Shown here in pieces: positions 1 to 13,585 of a DNA stretch of 64,000 nucleotides. Position numbers and translations under genes: made by a program. Numbering within the stretch: position 1 is the first letter of the stretch; each line of letters starts with the position of its first letter. The stretch spans positions 116,870,001-116,934,000 of the forward strand of contig OX597814.1 in NCBI GenBank assembly GCA_951406725.2. The letters are read 5' to 3'. The notes beneath the pieces were generated by a model. The model was not told the DNA's origin and did not search any database. It was given only the letters and a program-made list of their open reading frames with translations. The DNA comes from Octopus vulgaris. Taxonomy: Eukaryota.

Positions 1-196
1 TATACGGTATTCAGTGTGTGGCAGTTCATATCTACATTTTTTAGAAAGAGAATCCACTTTCAAATTTGATATAGCAATCCGTATCAAAATACCTGATATT
101 GTTATTACTGTATATACGCGGTTTCTGTTCTCTCCACATTCCTTCACGGAGAATTCTAAATTATTTCCGGATGTGAGATGTTTTTAAGATACAATA

Positions 197-197
<1 letters not shown>

Positions 198-240
<43 letters not shown>

Positions 241-310
241 TACACACACACTCGTACACACACGGGTACATACACACACTCACACAAACAAACAAATATA
301 CAAACATTCA
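198..310. repeat. (CA)n microsatellite and degenerate flank
   Basis: Direct reading of the cacaca run. Confidence 0.95.
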
Positions 311-664
311 TACTTACATGTATATAACTGAGAATGTGTGTCTGGCTGTCTGTATGTGTACATCACTAAAACTCGAGAAATACCCGACCAGTTTCATTCA
401 AATTTTATACATGCATTACTTAGGCTCAATGCAGCGGCATGGGTCAAACAAATTCTCAAACTATTGCGTAATGCGAGCCCGGAGCAATCTTTTGGACTAT
501 TTCTGTGTTACGTGTCAAAAGGGAAATAATAACATTTCTATTGTAATGTGCGATCATATTTTCAGTTTTAACAATTCCACTATTAATACTTTCACTACAT
601 ACATCGTGAAAGTATTAATACACTCAATATTATCTCAGATATCTACATGCATACACATATGTGT

Positions 665-1046
<382 letters not shown>

Positions 1047-1050
<4 letters not shown>

Positions 1051-1234
1051 AGAGTTTACGAAAACAAAACAAAACACGAAGACAGGTGGTGTACAAAACA
1101 AATAGATGTATTAGTATAACGGTCAGGAATAGAAAACATCTTTTACGTTTCGCGCCTACTCTCTTCTACGGAAAGGAACACAAAAACAAAGGGAGAAAAA
1201 AATGTATGTTGTGGCTAACGATCTATCATGGCGA

Positions 1235-1238
<4 letters not shown>
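1047..1238 (-). mobile_element. Short non-autonomous Penelope-like repeat with degenerate hammerhead-like motif
   Basis: Bounded by (TA)n on both sides; minus strand reads ctttCCGTAGAagagagtaggcgcGAAACGTAaaag with a cttt/aaag stem I and a GAAAC-GUA end, but a non-canonical core. Confidence 0.4.
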
Positions 1239-1277
<39 letters not shown>

Positions 1278-1279
<2 letters not shown>

Positions 1280-1427
1280 ACGACGGGCTTCTTTCAATTT
1301 CCGTCTACCAAATCGTCTCAGAAGTCTTTTGTCGGCTCGATTCTACAGTAGAAGTTACTTGCCCAAAGTGCGATGCAGCGGGACTGAACCCTGAACCATG
1401 TGGTTGGAAAGGAAGTCTCTTACCACT
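1278..1427 (-). mobile_element. tRNA-derived SINE family A, head fragment
   Basis: Reverse complement matches the 5' part of the full copy at 48438-48843. Confidence 0.85.
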
Positions 1428-1959
1428 CAATATATATTCATATACATATATCCATCTATTTTCGTATTTCTCTCATTAACCATTTTATGCTAAATTCGAT
1501 CTCTAAAGATTTTCTCAGTCGTTTCCTATTTGACGATAAACATGATGCTGACGTTTTTGGCAACAGTTATCTCTACTTTAAACAATTTCGCATTTTTATT
1601 AATTTCTGATGTTGCATGTATCTCTCTCCTCCTATCTATTATCAACGATTTGATTTTTCCTTTTGTGTTACTGAAAGTACATAATCTCTCCACATTCACT
1701 GGCCAATATAGTTTACGCAATTTCATTCGTACAAGCAATACCGTTCCTTTATCTGCCTCTCTTTGTTTGTTTGTTTGTTTGTTTCTTTCTTTCGTTCTTT
1801 CTTTCTTTCTTTCTTTCTATTTCCCTCTCTCATATTCACTCTGGTCTCCACTCACATTTTACCCATACCTAGTAAGGATACTCTACTCCCGATCTCCAAA
1901 TTCTCCACTCCCATCCAATCATACAATGCTCCATGGTCAAACGCGAAAGCTTTTGTCTA

Positions 1960-2760
1960 GATTGGTCAGTTACTTTTAAGATAAAGGTGGTGTCTGCTTT
2001 CTATAGAAGTAGAACGGCTTGAAAGTCTCAAACACCCAGATGAGACAGCGGCTCTATCTGCATATTCTGAAAGAAATAGCCCACAAAACGCAACGGGTTA
2101 ATTCTAATGCCATATGACCCATTGATACCCCAGAAGGGAAACTAAAACTCCAGTCTAGAAAACCAATAACGTATATGCAAGTGGCAAGACACAAGGTCTT
2201 AAGGCTATGGTGAAATATGTAGAAACGATGCAAGTGGTACTAGGTTCAGGACTCAATTGTGCTAAGAATTAGGAGAAGGCACTCCAATAGTCAGGCTAGA
2301 ATTTGTTTCACCTCTAGGTGCCAACAGCGCCGGGTCCATGTAGAATAACTGCACATCCTTGAACTAGGTAGCCCTATCATTACAAAGAAGAATGATCAAG
2401 AGTGATCCTCATGTTTGCCACTAGATCCATCGACGTCCGGTTTATATTTTCAAAGTGAACTGGAGATAGAGAGCGAAATAGAATGAGCTGGGGGAATTAT
2501 GTACGTGAAATGGTGGGGAGTAAAGCGTAGTCCCACTGAGGTAAGATGTTGATGGTTAAAGCTGGGGCAGTTACCCTTTAGAAATACACCCGTCTTTTAC
2601 TTGTAAAAGCCGCAGAGTTTGCTTGATAGTAGATGTAGATCGTAGATAAGGGAAGACAAATGATGGGACAGGGCTACTTGACACAATCGTAATCAGATGG
2701 AACTGGTAAGTTATTGTTGAAAGAATCGAAACACCTAAATGATCTCAGATAACATCATTC
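1960..2760 (-). pseudogene. Highly degraded Penelope-like RT remnant
   Basis: Minus-strand pieces SGVSMGHM...FVGY (about 2075-2135) resemble the PLE RT motif GVAMGT.MGP.YA.LFVGY; many stops and frameshifts. Confidence 0.35.
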
Positions 2761-2811
2761 AGAATATTTACAGCTGCATAACCAGATCAAATGATGGAGA
2801 GCGTGACGCAG

Positions 2812-3037
2812 TGTCAGCTTGCAGACACGTTAGCGCACCGGGCGAAATGCTTAGCAGTATTTCGTCTGTCGATAAGTTCTGAGTTCAAATTCCACCGAGG
2901 TCGACTTTGCCTTTAATCCTTACGGGGTCGATAAATAAAGTACCAGTTTCGCACTGGGATCGATGTCATCGACTTAATCCCTTTGCCTGTCCTCGTTTGT
3001 CTCCTCTATATTTAGCCCCTTGTGGGCAATAAAGAAA
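2812..3037 (+). mobile_element. SINE family B
   Basis: gttagc.c.c.gggcgaaatg...GAGTTCAAATTCC (B-box-like)...aataaagaaat; matches 50410-50639. Confidence 0.85.
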
Positions 3038-3744
3038 TGTATGTGTGTATTTGAGATGCAAAATGAGTGTTACATTCGTTAGAGTAGTTAAATTATAGAA
3101 ATATGCTATTTAATTTTAATATCTTGGCAATTTATTACTATATTGTTGTGCCGTATAGGTAAAAGTAAGTGAAAACAATTGAATAAAACGTTAATGTTTC
3201 CATTTGTAGAATTTTTGATTTAATAAATATTTAGACACCATTAAACCTACCTGATATTTAGTTAATGAAACGAAACATTTAAGTTTTCTTTTTTATTATA
3301 GTTCTATTTCAATAAATTTAATTGACTGAAAAAACAATATTAAGTAATTTGCAGAGAAATTTCAGAATCGAATAAAATGATACTGCGCAGAAATTACGTT
3401 TTAGTAGGTTTCTTAGCTCATATAAAAATTACGCTATTTCCAATTCATAGTTACATAACATTTATTATTTTAACAGCAGATATTCTAAGCTTTCCATTAC
3501 AATACCTTAGAATCATGCCTGGGAAATATACTCTGACATCAAAATATATACTTTCGAGCAATTCATGTAATGAGTTATGACCAGAAATAAAAGTATTCAA
3601 GTTGTTTAAAACAATGTTGCAAGTTAGATTTCAATGAAGATATATATAAAAAAAAATATATTTAATTAAGTGAAAAGTACTTGACAGCATTTTCGTAAAG
3701 GTTAGTCACACAAACGTGCATGCACGAACATAGGAATGCATGTG

Positions 3745-4038
3745 CAGGCTTTCGTAGGTTCGATAGTTCGATTCCCGGTGGCGCATTGTGTCCTTGAGCA
3801 AGACACTTTATTTCACGGTGCTCCAATCCACTGACCTGGCAATAATGTTTAGTCCCTGTATTTTAAGGGGGACCAGCCTTGTCACATTCTTTGTCACACT
3901 GGATCTCTTTGAGAAGTATGTGAAGGGGTACGAGTGTCTGTGGAGTGCTCAGTCGCTTACGCGTTAATCTCAAGAGCAAGCTGTTCCGTTGTTCGGATCA
4001 ACTAGAAACCTTCGTCGTCATAAGCGACGGAGAGCCAG
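3745..4038 (+). mobile_element. tRNA-derived SINE family C (degraded)
   Basis: B-box gttcgattccc, core tgtgtccttgagcaagacacttt, tail shared with 6889-7205 and 14678-15061. Confidence 0.85.
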
Positions 4039-4329
4039 ATTTTCACGTGCAATGCCTTTAATCTGTAGAAAGAAACTGTTCATAATTTCTGTTATACGAA
4101 ACATGCCTAACAACACGCATTTGTTTATTTTTGTATATTAGTAAGGAAATTACCAAACATTGCTCTCCACTCACATGGTTCACAGCCAGGAACACAGACA
4201 CACACACACACACATACCACAGATACACACACATACATACATACGTTCACAGATAGAAATATTCTTGTGGGAGAAGATGCTTGACAGTGCTTGGCTTTAA
4301 GAAGTCTTGAAGCATGTGTCTCCTTACTT

Positions 4330-5297
4330 GACAGAGAAAACCTGGGTTTCGCAGTGCTCATTTCGAGTTCACAGATGAACCTCGGTCAGGACGACCAGAT
4401 TCCGCAATTCTCAGAAGACAAAGCCGACGCTATGCACGTCATCGTTCTAGAGGACCGACGGATTTCAGGTGAAGTCGTGGCTGGAATTTCCCGCAAAAGC
4501 GTTGGAAAACATTCAAAACATACTAGACATAAGAAAGCTTTATCCAAAATGAGTGTCGAAATGCCATATCAGAAGCGCATCTGAGTGACAACATCAAAGG
4601 CGATTTGGGGCCGGTTTGCTGCGGGAGAGGCTGATATTATGGCTTGTTTGCTTTAGTCAACCTGGATGGAACTTGGCTTCATCATTTTCATCCCCAGACC
4701 AAAAAGCATTCAATGGAGTGAGGTCACAGCGGCTGCATGCCCCCGAAGATGATCTGAATCATGACGTCTACTCAAAATTTTGTGAATTCATATTTCTAGG
4801 ATAAAGACTAAATACTCATCATAAAATACCTTCCAAAATGTCGCACCATCACCGCAGGGATACTACATGCCTCTGTTGGACGAATTGCGTGAAGCTTTGA
4901 AAGCCGAAACACCGTGGAAAGCTGAGAAGTGTTTTCCTGTTTTTGCAGGACAATGCACCAATAAACACAGCATATGAAAGTGAACGGAAAATAGGCGACT
5001 TTGGTCTCGAATTGGTAGATCATCAGCCTTACTCTCCTAACTTGGCTCCCTCCGAAAACCACACCTTTTCACAACTGACGAAACATGTGAAGAGGAAGAA
5101 ATTTCACTTCGATTCGGAAGGGCTTACTGCTACAGAGGCTTGTTTGGAGAACCGACCTTCCTAGTTCGTTTCACAGGGCTTAGAGTAACTGAAGGACCAC
5201 TGCAACGAATGTGAAGGTGGATATGTTGAATGAAGACATAATTGATTAATCCTCTTGTATTTTTCCCAAAGCCAGGAACTTTTCAGCACACTCCGTA
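4330..5297 (+). mobile_element. Degraded mariner transposon (transposase pseudogene and 3' TIR)
   Basis: LQDNAP and HQPYSPNLAPSENHTF resemble the mariner HDNA and HPPYSPDLAPSD motifs; ends in gaacttttcagcacactccgTA. Confidence 0.85.
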
Positions 5298-6888
5298 TAT
5301 TCTCCTAATTATGTATATGTTTCTCCGTTTAATGTCATGTCTAATATCACTGGGATCCTAAATTATGAGATGTGTTTCATGAGCGAATATCATTAAACAA
5401 TTTCATGAAATTCTCTAAATTTCATCATCTAAAACGACATTTGTGTCTCAGGAGAGGAAATTGCTGAAGTTTCTATAAAAAGTTCCTCATTCAACGCAGT
5501 TTATTTTTATGCAACGATTTTAAAATTATAAGTTTGAATGTTTTCCCAAAATTCTACCTTGGATCAAATATTTACCCAAGATGATTTATTAAACAACCGA
5601 GGACTTTAAATTCAGGCATGATTATATTGATCGAAATATGTTTGCTCATTAGGGTTATTATGGAATATATTTTTGTACTATTAACAAACATTTTATCTCC
5701 CCGAGAAGCCATATAAATTAATGTTTCACGTTATTGTAATGAGCTCATTCGATAAAATATAATACATGAAATACGGCAATGTAGCAAAAGGTACGAATTC
5801 ATGAAAATATTTTGAGATACCTATAAATCTTTTCATTGAAAGAAAGTTCAGCTAGATTTAATTTCTTTTCATTTTACTACGAGTCATACATTACTTATTG
5901 CAAAATCTTGAACCTAATCCCTACATAACTTTATCAGTAATATTGCCTATAATTCTACCAGTAGTTAGAATAGTTTAAATAGTTGTCCTCTCGCATAGTG
6001 ATTATTATTTGAAACCGTGTTTGCGCAAATGTTCTCCAAAATTATAACAATGTTACTTATCTGCATATTGGAATATGTACGAAAGCAAGATGTGTGTCTA
6101 CACAGGTGCCAATACTTTTAAGTGAACCGTAAAAATATTGGAAAAGTATCCAATTATACCTGCTTTTTAATAGCATTTATCCTCATCGTATTTAAAACAA
6201 AGTACATCATGTTTTAACACGAACCATTATATAAGCATGGCTAACTTTACTGGAAATTGCATTGGAAATTGCTTTTAAGATACTTTTTTAATTTTCTTCC
6301 AAAAGCTTCACAGCTTAAATGACACTTTCAAACTGGCCAGATCCTGTCGACATACCTCTATATCTAATAACCATATTCAGCCTAATACTAAATCTCCTTG
6401 TTATTGAAGGGAGCATTTTGTATTTTCTAGCATTTTTATTTTTAGTCTTTTCTGATGCTCTGGGAAACAATTTGTAAAATTACGTTCATTGCACAGTTAA
6501 GCGTCCTCGCACAGCTGCGTTCCTCTCTATTTCTTATTCTTGGGAGTTTAAGAATGTATTTCAACAGTGCATTTATAGAATATTTTTGTTCTTGTACTTA
6601 TATAGCATTTCACTTAATCCTTTCATTTTCCCCTTTTCTTCTATGACATCCTTCTCACAAAACTTTTTGACAAATTGTTTGTCTTGTTAAGTCATACGTT
6701 TCATTCGTTTCTCTTCTGTATCGTCAAAGTATCTTCAGATATTAAAATACTCTCCTTGATCATTGTTATACGACTTTGATAAAGAATCTTATGTTCCTTT
6801 TCTCCAAACAGTTTCTAATTTCGAACCGAACAATCCAAATGATCGATTTATGCATACACCGATTCACATATTCATATATATAAGGAAA

Positions 6889-7205
6889 ACTCCGTCGGTT
6901 ACGACGACGAGGGTCCCAGCTGATACGATCAACGGAGCAGCCTGCTCGTGAAGTTATTGTGCAAGTGACTGAGTAATCCACAGACACGCGTACCCCTAAC
7001 ATAGTTCTCAAGGAGATTCAGGGTGACACAGAGTGTGACAAGGCCAGCCCTTTGAAATACAGGTAAACTCCTTTTTGGCAGCTGAGTGGACTGGAGCAAC
7101 GTGAAATAAAGTGTCTTGCTTAAGGATACAACGCGTCGCAGGGAATCGAACTCACAACCTTACAATCGTGAGCTGAATGCCCTAACCACTAAGCCACACG
7201 CCTTC
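6889..7205 (-). mobile_element. tRNA-derived SINE family C, full length
   Basis: Minus strand: ggcgtgtggcttagtggtt (A box)...gagttcgattccc (B box)...tail ending cgtcgtaaccgacggag. Confidence 0.9.
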
Positions 7206-7269
7206 ACAGGTCTATATGTACACACACACATAGATACATATCCACACATATATACATTTGTATATATGT

Positions 7270-7522
7270 GAAGATCCCCCTTTGGTCAGGAAATACCATA
7301 GGATTGTACGTAGAAAGTTCCCTTCGGAGGCATATGTTCGGGCAAGGTTGCTTATGGATGACTAGCAGTCACCCATTCATACCAGTTTCCCCTCTCTGCG
7401 TCATGTGTGACGTCGCAACTCACTTGTAAAGGACCTTGCTCAAGAGCACAACAAAGCCTCGTCCTGGAATCGAACGTACTACCACATGATTGTAAGCTCG
7501 ATGATCTCACCACTAAACCACT
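7270..7522 (-). mobile_element. tRNA-derived SINE family D
   Basis: A/B-box head at 7460-7520; tail homologous to 25236-25473. Confidence 0.75.
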
Positions 7523-7578
7523 CATTTTCATTATATATACATACACATACACACACACACATACACACACACATACAC

Positions 7579-7633
<55 letters not shown>

Positions 7634-8011
7634 TTATGATTCATATTCTCGTGTGTATAAGAGCGTGTAAATGTGACTGGTATAATTGTATGTGTTATGT
7701 GTTATCATTTACCTCCCCATTTTGATTGTTGGCAATGCTACGTTGTTAACCGTTCGTTCACCCTTTCTTCCCTCTTCTTCCTTTGTCGTTCTGTCTCTCC
7801 CTCTCTATTTTCCTCTCATCTTTTACCTCCTGGCTCTCTCTCTTTTCCCATTTAAAGGAATAACTTCGTTGTGACATTGTCCGATGATTGTTTTATCATC
7901 CATTGACCCCTGATATCTGAGCCAGTTACATCTAGCCAAAAGCCAGTGGAAGTGTCAGTCTACATTCCACATCTTATGGTATTTTTTCTCCGAACCAAAT
8001 TTTAAGTTGTT

Positions 8012-8090
8012 AATACACCTGAAGATAAAAATATTTTCATGATATCATCGAATTATACATCAATAAAAAGCGCGTCTGAAACAGCTGTTG
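8012..8090 (+). ncRNA. Hammerhead-like motif (degenerate, long stem II insert) in a Penelope-like repeat
   Basis: CTGAAGA at 8019-8025 and GAAAC at 8078-8082; pairing is poor. Confidence 0.3.
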
Positions 8091-8332
8091 TGAATATGCA
8101 ACCCATTTCTGACCTTAATTTATGCAAGCACAATATTTGGAATATTCTCCCTGTTGGATTTAGAACTTGCATTGATTCCTGTACCAGCATGCTTTAGCGG
8201 AAGTGTATGTATTTAAGTATATTTAGATTTATATGTATGCGAATATTTGTGTATACACGCACATGTATATATAGGTGTATGGATATGTTCGTATATGGAA
8301 GGGCATGCACAGATATGTTTCTATATGATGTG

Positions 8333-8369
<37 letters not shown>

Positions 8370-9710
8370 TTGTGTAAAACACTTGCAGGCATGATTTGTA
8401 TGTATGTGTGTGCGTGCATTGCTTATCGGTGCATAGGCAAATCAATATCTCATGATCCAGAAATCTTGCAGCGGCCATTTATAATCCCATACCCCTATAG
8501 TGCACTCTTTACCATTCTGAAAAGCGGTGTCGAATACCCATTAACAACACTAAGCTGAGATAACTGCCGAGGACAGAGAGTTAAAATAATTTTTAATGGA
8601 AAGCGAAATATTTAATTTATGGTGATGAGTAGAAATGATGCTTTGGATAAATTTGCCAGTCTCTCGTTGATCCATTTATTGATTAAAATAAATTTATTGA
8701 TTAGATGAAAATTCAAGTTTGATTTCATGAGTTCCGCAAACAAAAGAATTGACAAAGTACTGTTTTATACGTTTCCAAGGTCGAATTTTTGAAATTTCCA
8801 TACACATGAATTTTGCATATTTTGATTTTAGGTGTGGTATCAATTAATTTGATTGATGGCCTATGCTTATTCGCAATTCTCATATGTGCAAGGATTAGTT
8901 GAGATAGATTGAAATAATGGAACTAAGTAAATTGAAATAAATAATGGAATTAAAAAATAATTCTATCTTTGCAACTAAATCCATGAATTAAGCAATTGTT
9001 TATTTATTTATTGCTTGGATATATATATGCATTAAGCAGGAAATATTTGATTCTCGGAAAATATTATATTTGATAAAATACATTCCGAAAATGTTTGCTA
9101 CACCCTTTCCACAAGATCATAGATTAAGTTTAATATTAATTTTCATAAGATACTTATCATTTATGCATGCTGTTCAATTCATTGTGATACGTATTGGTTT
9201 ATTCTTAATCTATGATATGTAACCTCTGTAAGGAAACCCGGGAAAATACATTTATATTTATAAATCCTTTTAACGGTGGAACGCGAATATAAAGCTGTAA
9301 GTAATAGCATGTAGAATATTGATTTAAAAAAGAAACCTCCGATGCCATATTCAAAGAAGGTTTGTGTTCCACATGCAGCCACTGAATATTTCTATCCAAG
9401 CGTTTCTTGTTTGCTCCAATATTCTACATGCGATTATAGCTACATGTACTCTGAATTCCATCGTTTAAAATCTCTCGAAGTCTTTCAATTAATAAAGCAT
9501 TTTCCAAATTCTTACGTTAATATTTATATGAATCATAGTTGTACATATCATATACCAATGTATATGCTGCCCCAGCGTGTAAAATAACACAATTACTAAA
9601 TATCAGTATGTATCCTAGAACAGAGTGGAACCAGCAACCTGGTCCAATGCTAATTAACATTTAGTTTGTTTTGTTTCATATCTCACAAAATCTAACATGC
9701 AAATGTCCAC

Positions 9711-10030
9711 GGGCATATGGTGTAGTGGTTAAGAGCGCAGGCTACTAACCCCAAGATTCCGAGTTGAATTCCAGGCAGTGACTTGAATAATAATAATAAT
9801 AGTAATAGTAATAGTAATAATGATAATAATAATAATAATAATAACAACAACCACAACATTGAAAAAACTCTTAAGAATGAGAACCCAAGTTAGAAATTTC
9901 CCCCAAGATACCTGAAGAAGGCTGGAGGATACATTAGCCGAAAAGTTGTGTTAACAACAATCAAGATGAGAACACATATCCGTCAAATGTAAATAATATA
10001 CATAATTCCTCATCTCTTAAATATAGAATT
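9711..10030 (+). mobile_element. tRNA-like head + (AAT)n + hammerhead-bearing body (putative ribozyme SINE)
   Basis: A box TGGTGTAGTGG 9718-9728, B box GAGTTGAATTCC 9761-9772; body homologous to 12760-13178. Confidence 0.7.
9907..9952 (+). ncRNA. Minimal type I hammerhead ribozyme motif
   Basis: gatac-CTGAAGA-a-ggctg[loop]tagcc-GAAA-aGTT-gtgtt; stems I and II pair; C15.2 is replaced by A. Confidence 0.6.
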
Positions 10031-11749
10031 ATGCATTATTTTTACTAGACTTAAAATTTGGTGGGAATTCACCACCATCATTCCTTGTTCTCTGTGTACA
10101 TGCGTCTTGAATGTAAATATATAATCCGTATGCTTTTATGCATGTAAGCGAATATATGTTTGTGTTTGTGTGTGTGTATTGTTTGTATGATTATCAGCAT
10201 TCTTTTCGCATTTCTGAATCAGGTTTACTAATATTACTTTCCTTTCATGCATTAGTGAAGTCGTATGATTCAAACGGAAAGCTAATATCTGTGTTACATG
10301 AAGTATACATTATTTCTGAAGGTTTTGTCAATATAAACACGTATGAATTTCTATAGGAATTCAACACATTTGTTTGATAGTTGCTCACCGACAGAAAAAG
10401 ACACTGACCAATCCAAAAACAAGATTCCATCGGAATTTACGCAACATCAATTAAGAAGTCAAGTACGCGTGTAAAATTTATGTTAGATCTGTATGTGTGT
10501 TCGTCTGTATATGTAGATTTTTCGGTTATATTACCGGTATGTTTTACCTAAATTTATTTAATGGCTTCTTATTACAATTTTCTAAATGGCTTTGTTCTTT
10601 CTGATTGTTAAGACTGATATATTGATATATTAAGGCTGGCACTGAGAGAGTTAGCCACTAAATTGAATATCTTAATAATCTCACAAACAAAATTTTATTC
10701 ATAATCTGCATTAATATTTAGCTGGAAGTTGAAGTCAGTTTTCTTAAATTTTAAAAATTAATAATTGGTTTCTGCTTTGTTACAAGATGCATTCCAATGT
10801 TCAAGACCAAAATAAATATTTCGTTGTATTCATATTCTATTAAGTAGTTCATATTCATATCGATTTCCCGTTCTACTATGACGAAATATGCCTTTCCAAG
10901 TACTATACATTATTATAAATCAGTGATATGGATGTTGCTTTCTGTCAGTGACACTGAATAGTATTTCAGCGAGTATATGACCCACAGATGAGTTATCTCA
11001 TTCGAGTTACGTTCTCAGGTAGACAATAATTTGTCACATATTTGTATCGCTTTTGTAAAGCAGACATTCTGTTGCTTCCGTAGACACACATATGCACACG
11101 CATAATATGCATATTTTTCTTGGAGGCATATGTAAATCTATCCCAATATTCACTAGGTTTACTAGAAATGTAAGGTTTCTTTGAGTGGAAACACTTCCCG
11201 GCATTTTTGAAATTAAGCTTGAGACGATGTATGCTTGCATGTGTATATGTTTGTTTGCGTGGTTGTGATTTCTTCTGGTGTTAGTAGTATACTCGTCTCT
11301 ATGGTTCACAATAGGGTGTGATTAATATTTTATGTAATTGGGCGTTTGCATCACGCATGCATATATTTAATTGGGTCCATATATAATACAAAGAGTTTTC
11401 GTGTGGAAATTATTGGGAACAGCTCAGAAATATTCACTACATCCCATTTCACTGGGAAATGTGCAAAATATCATTCCGTCTTTCATAGGACACATTCAGC
11501 CTTTTCGGTCACTCACAGCTTCTTATTATCTATCAGAATTAATACATATGCACATGTATGGCAGTGACTCAAAAACTGCAGTCCTAATTAGTGGCAACAG
11601 TTTGAATTCGTGAGAAAGATCAATTCTACAACAGTGCCAAAATGTTGTACCATGCTACTATTGAAAAATATGAAATGTTGTTTGTGCTGTATGTCTGCTG
11701 TTATTCGGTTAATCTACCGGTTTATTTTAGAATTTAATGAAAATACAGT

Positions 11750-12543
11750 TGCAAGATTTCAAAAAAATTCCGGACCATTTCTGTAGCGCGCCAACATATG
11801 GCAGCACACGGCTGCGAGCGTAGCGAGAGCTAGCAGTGATCTTCATAAGGCAGTGTACCGCTACCGAGTAGCATCGCTGTCTTTATTTCACAAGTTGTGA
11901 AATTTTGTGCTTTGGCAATCGCGTGTATACTAGTCTGTGATTTCGTCATGGATAGGAAGAAAAAGCATGAAATTTTGCATTAAAATTGGGAAATCTGCTA
12001 CAGAGACATTGCTTAAGTTTCAGTAAGCTTATAGTGACAATGGGTTGTACGAAGTATTTCGAGTGGCGTGGGGGTTTAGTGATCTGGAAGACTTGCCAGG
12101 AGCGTCACGGCTGGAAATGTGATATTCTGCACGTTTTGAAACATTAGAGGGTGGACATTCAGTGAAAGCGATTGGATCTGTAGATTGCAAAGAACTGGAT
12201 TCTTCACCGAGCTCTCCTCACTCGTGCGTTTATCGCCAAAAACAACATAAAATCGCTTCCACACCCGTCATATTCGCCAGAGTTAGCACGTGCCGAATTC
12301 TATCGCTTCTTTCTCCAAGGTGAGAATGGAGCCCAAAGGTCACCGTTTTGACACCGTTGTCGAGATCCAGAGTGAATCGCAGAAGGTCCTCGACTAGCTT
12401 ACCAAGAATGACTTCGATTGCAATAGTGAGAAGAACGCCGGGACTGAAGTATTACTACGCAAAGAGATGATGTTAACTCTTAGGTAAATTAAGTTATTTT
12501 TTTTTATTAAACTAGTCCGGAATGCGTTCGATACCACATCGTA
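11750..12543 (+). mobile_element. Internally deleted mariner relic
   Basis: Degenerate TIRs (aaaaaattccggac / gtccggaatgcgttcgataccacatcgTA), PYSP.LA-like remnant near 12265; same family as 27865-28636. Confidence 0.75.
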
Positions 12544-12639
12544 CGGGTGAGCTTTAAATTATATTAATCATGACAAACTTTCCTGATATCTTTCCAAGTT
12601 CGACAGTACATCTTCAGCGTTAGAAGCTGTGCAAAGGCA

Positions 12640-12751
<112 letters not shown>

Positions 12752-12754
12752 TAT

Positions 12755-13178
12755 CAGCAACAACAACAACATCGAAAATTAACCTTAGGAATGGGAACTC
12801 CGGTTCGAAATCTCTCCAAGACACCTTATGAAGGCTGGAAAGCATATAAGCCGAAACGTTGTGTTAAAAACAAACAAGATACAAAATGGCTGACGGTTAG
12901 TAAGGAGAGACACAAATAAGTAAGATGAAAACAAAGGACCACTCATGCGGTCACAGGAGTGTGACGAAAGAACTCTGGCCGAAATAAGATTAAGATTAAT
13001 GTGAAAAATAAATAACACTGAAGCAAAGTAACACCAAATATATAGTGCTTGTGTTTTTATTGGCTAAACTAGCAAAATGACCATTCCGAAATATAAAAAG
13101 ATGATATCAAATATTCGTCAAATGTAAATAATATAAATAATGTACATAATTCCCCATCTCTTAAATACAGAATTGTAT
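12755..13178 (+). mobile_element. Second copy of the hammerhead-bearing body, interrupted by about 225 bp of other sequence (12880-13105)
   Basis: Colinear with 9845-10030 on both sides of the insert. Confidence 0.75.
12820..12865 (+). ncRNA. Minimal type I hammerhead motif (core G5 mutated)
   Basis: gacac-CTTATGA-a-ggct[loop]agcc-GAAACGTT-gtgtt. Confidence 0.55.
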
Positions 13179-13302
13179 TACTTTACATATATACTCATAT
13201 TATATATGCTTATTTTACAATATATATCTACTGTATGGAAACTTACTTTCTACATACTTAATTTATATATACTTGCTATAAAATATATAGTTACTGTAAA
13301 GT

Positions 13303-13510
13303 TGTTGAGCTGGTAGAAACGTTAGCACGCCGGGCGAAATACTTAGGACTATTTCGTTTGTCTTTACGTTCTGAGTTCAATTTTCGCCGAGGTGAACTTT
13401 GCCTTTCATGCTTTCGGAGTCGATTAATTAAGTACCAGGTGCGTACTGGTGTCGATGGAATCGACTAGCCCCACCCCAAACATTTCAGGCCTTGTGCCTA
13501 GAGTAGAAAA
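13303..13510 (+). mobile_element. SINE family B
   Basis: gagctggtagaaacgttagcacgccgggcgaaat...gagttcaaattttc. Confidence 0.85.
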
Positions 13511-13523
13511 ACATATATATTTA

Positions 13524-13580
<57 letters not shown>

Positions 13581-13585
<5 letters not shown>

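Noticed and set aside
9711-9782. Functional tRNA gene
   Set aside because: The acceptor and anticodon stems do not pair properly, the B box is mutated and the sequence runs into (AAT)n; better read as a SINE-type head
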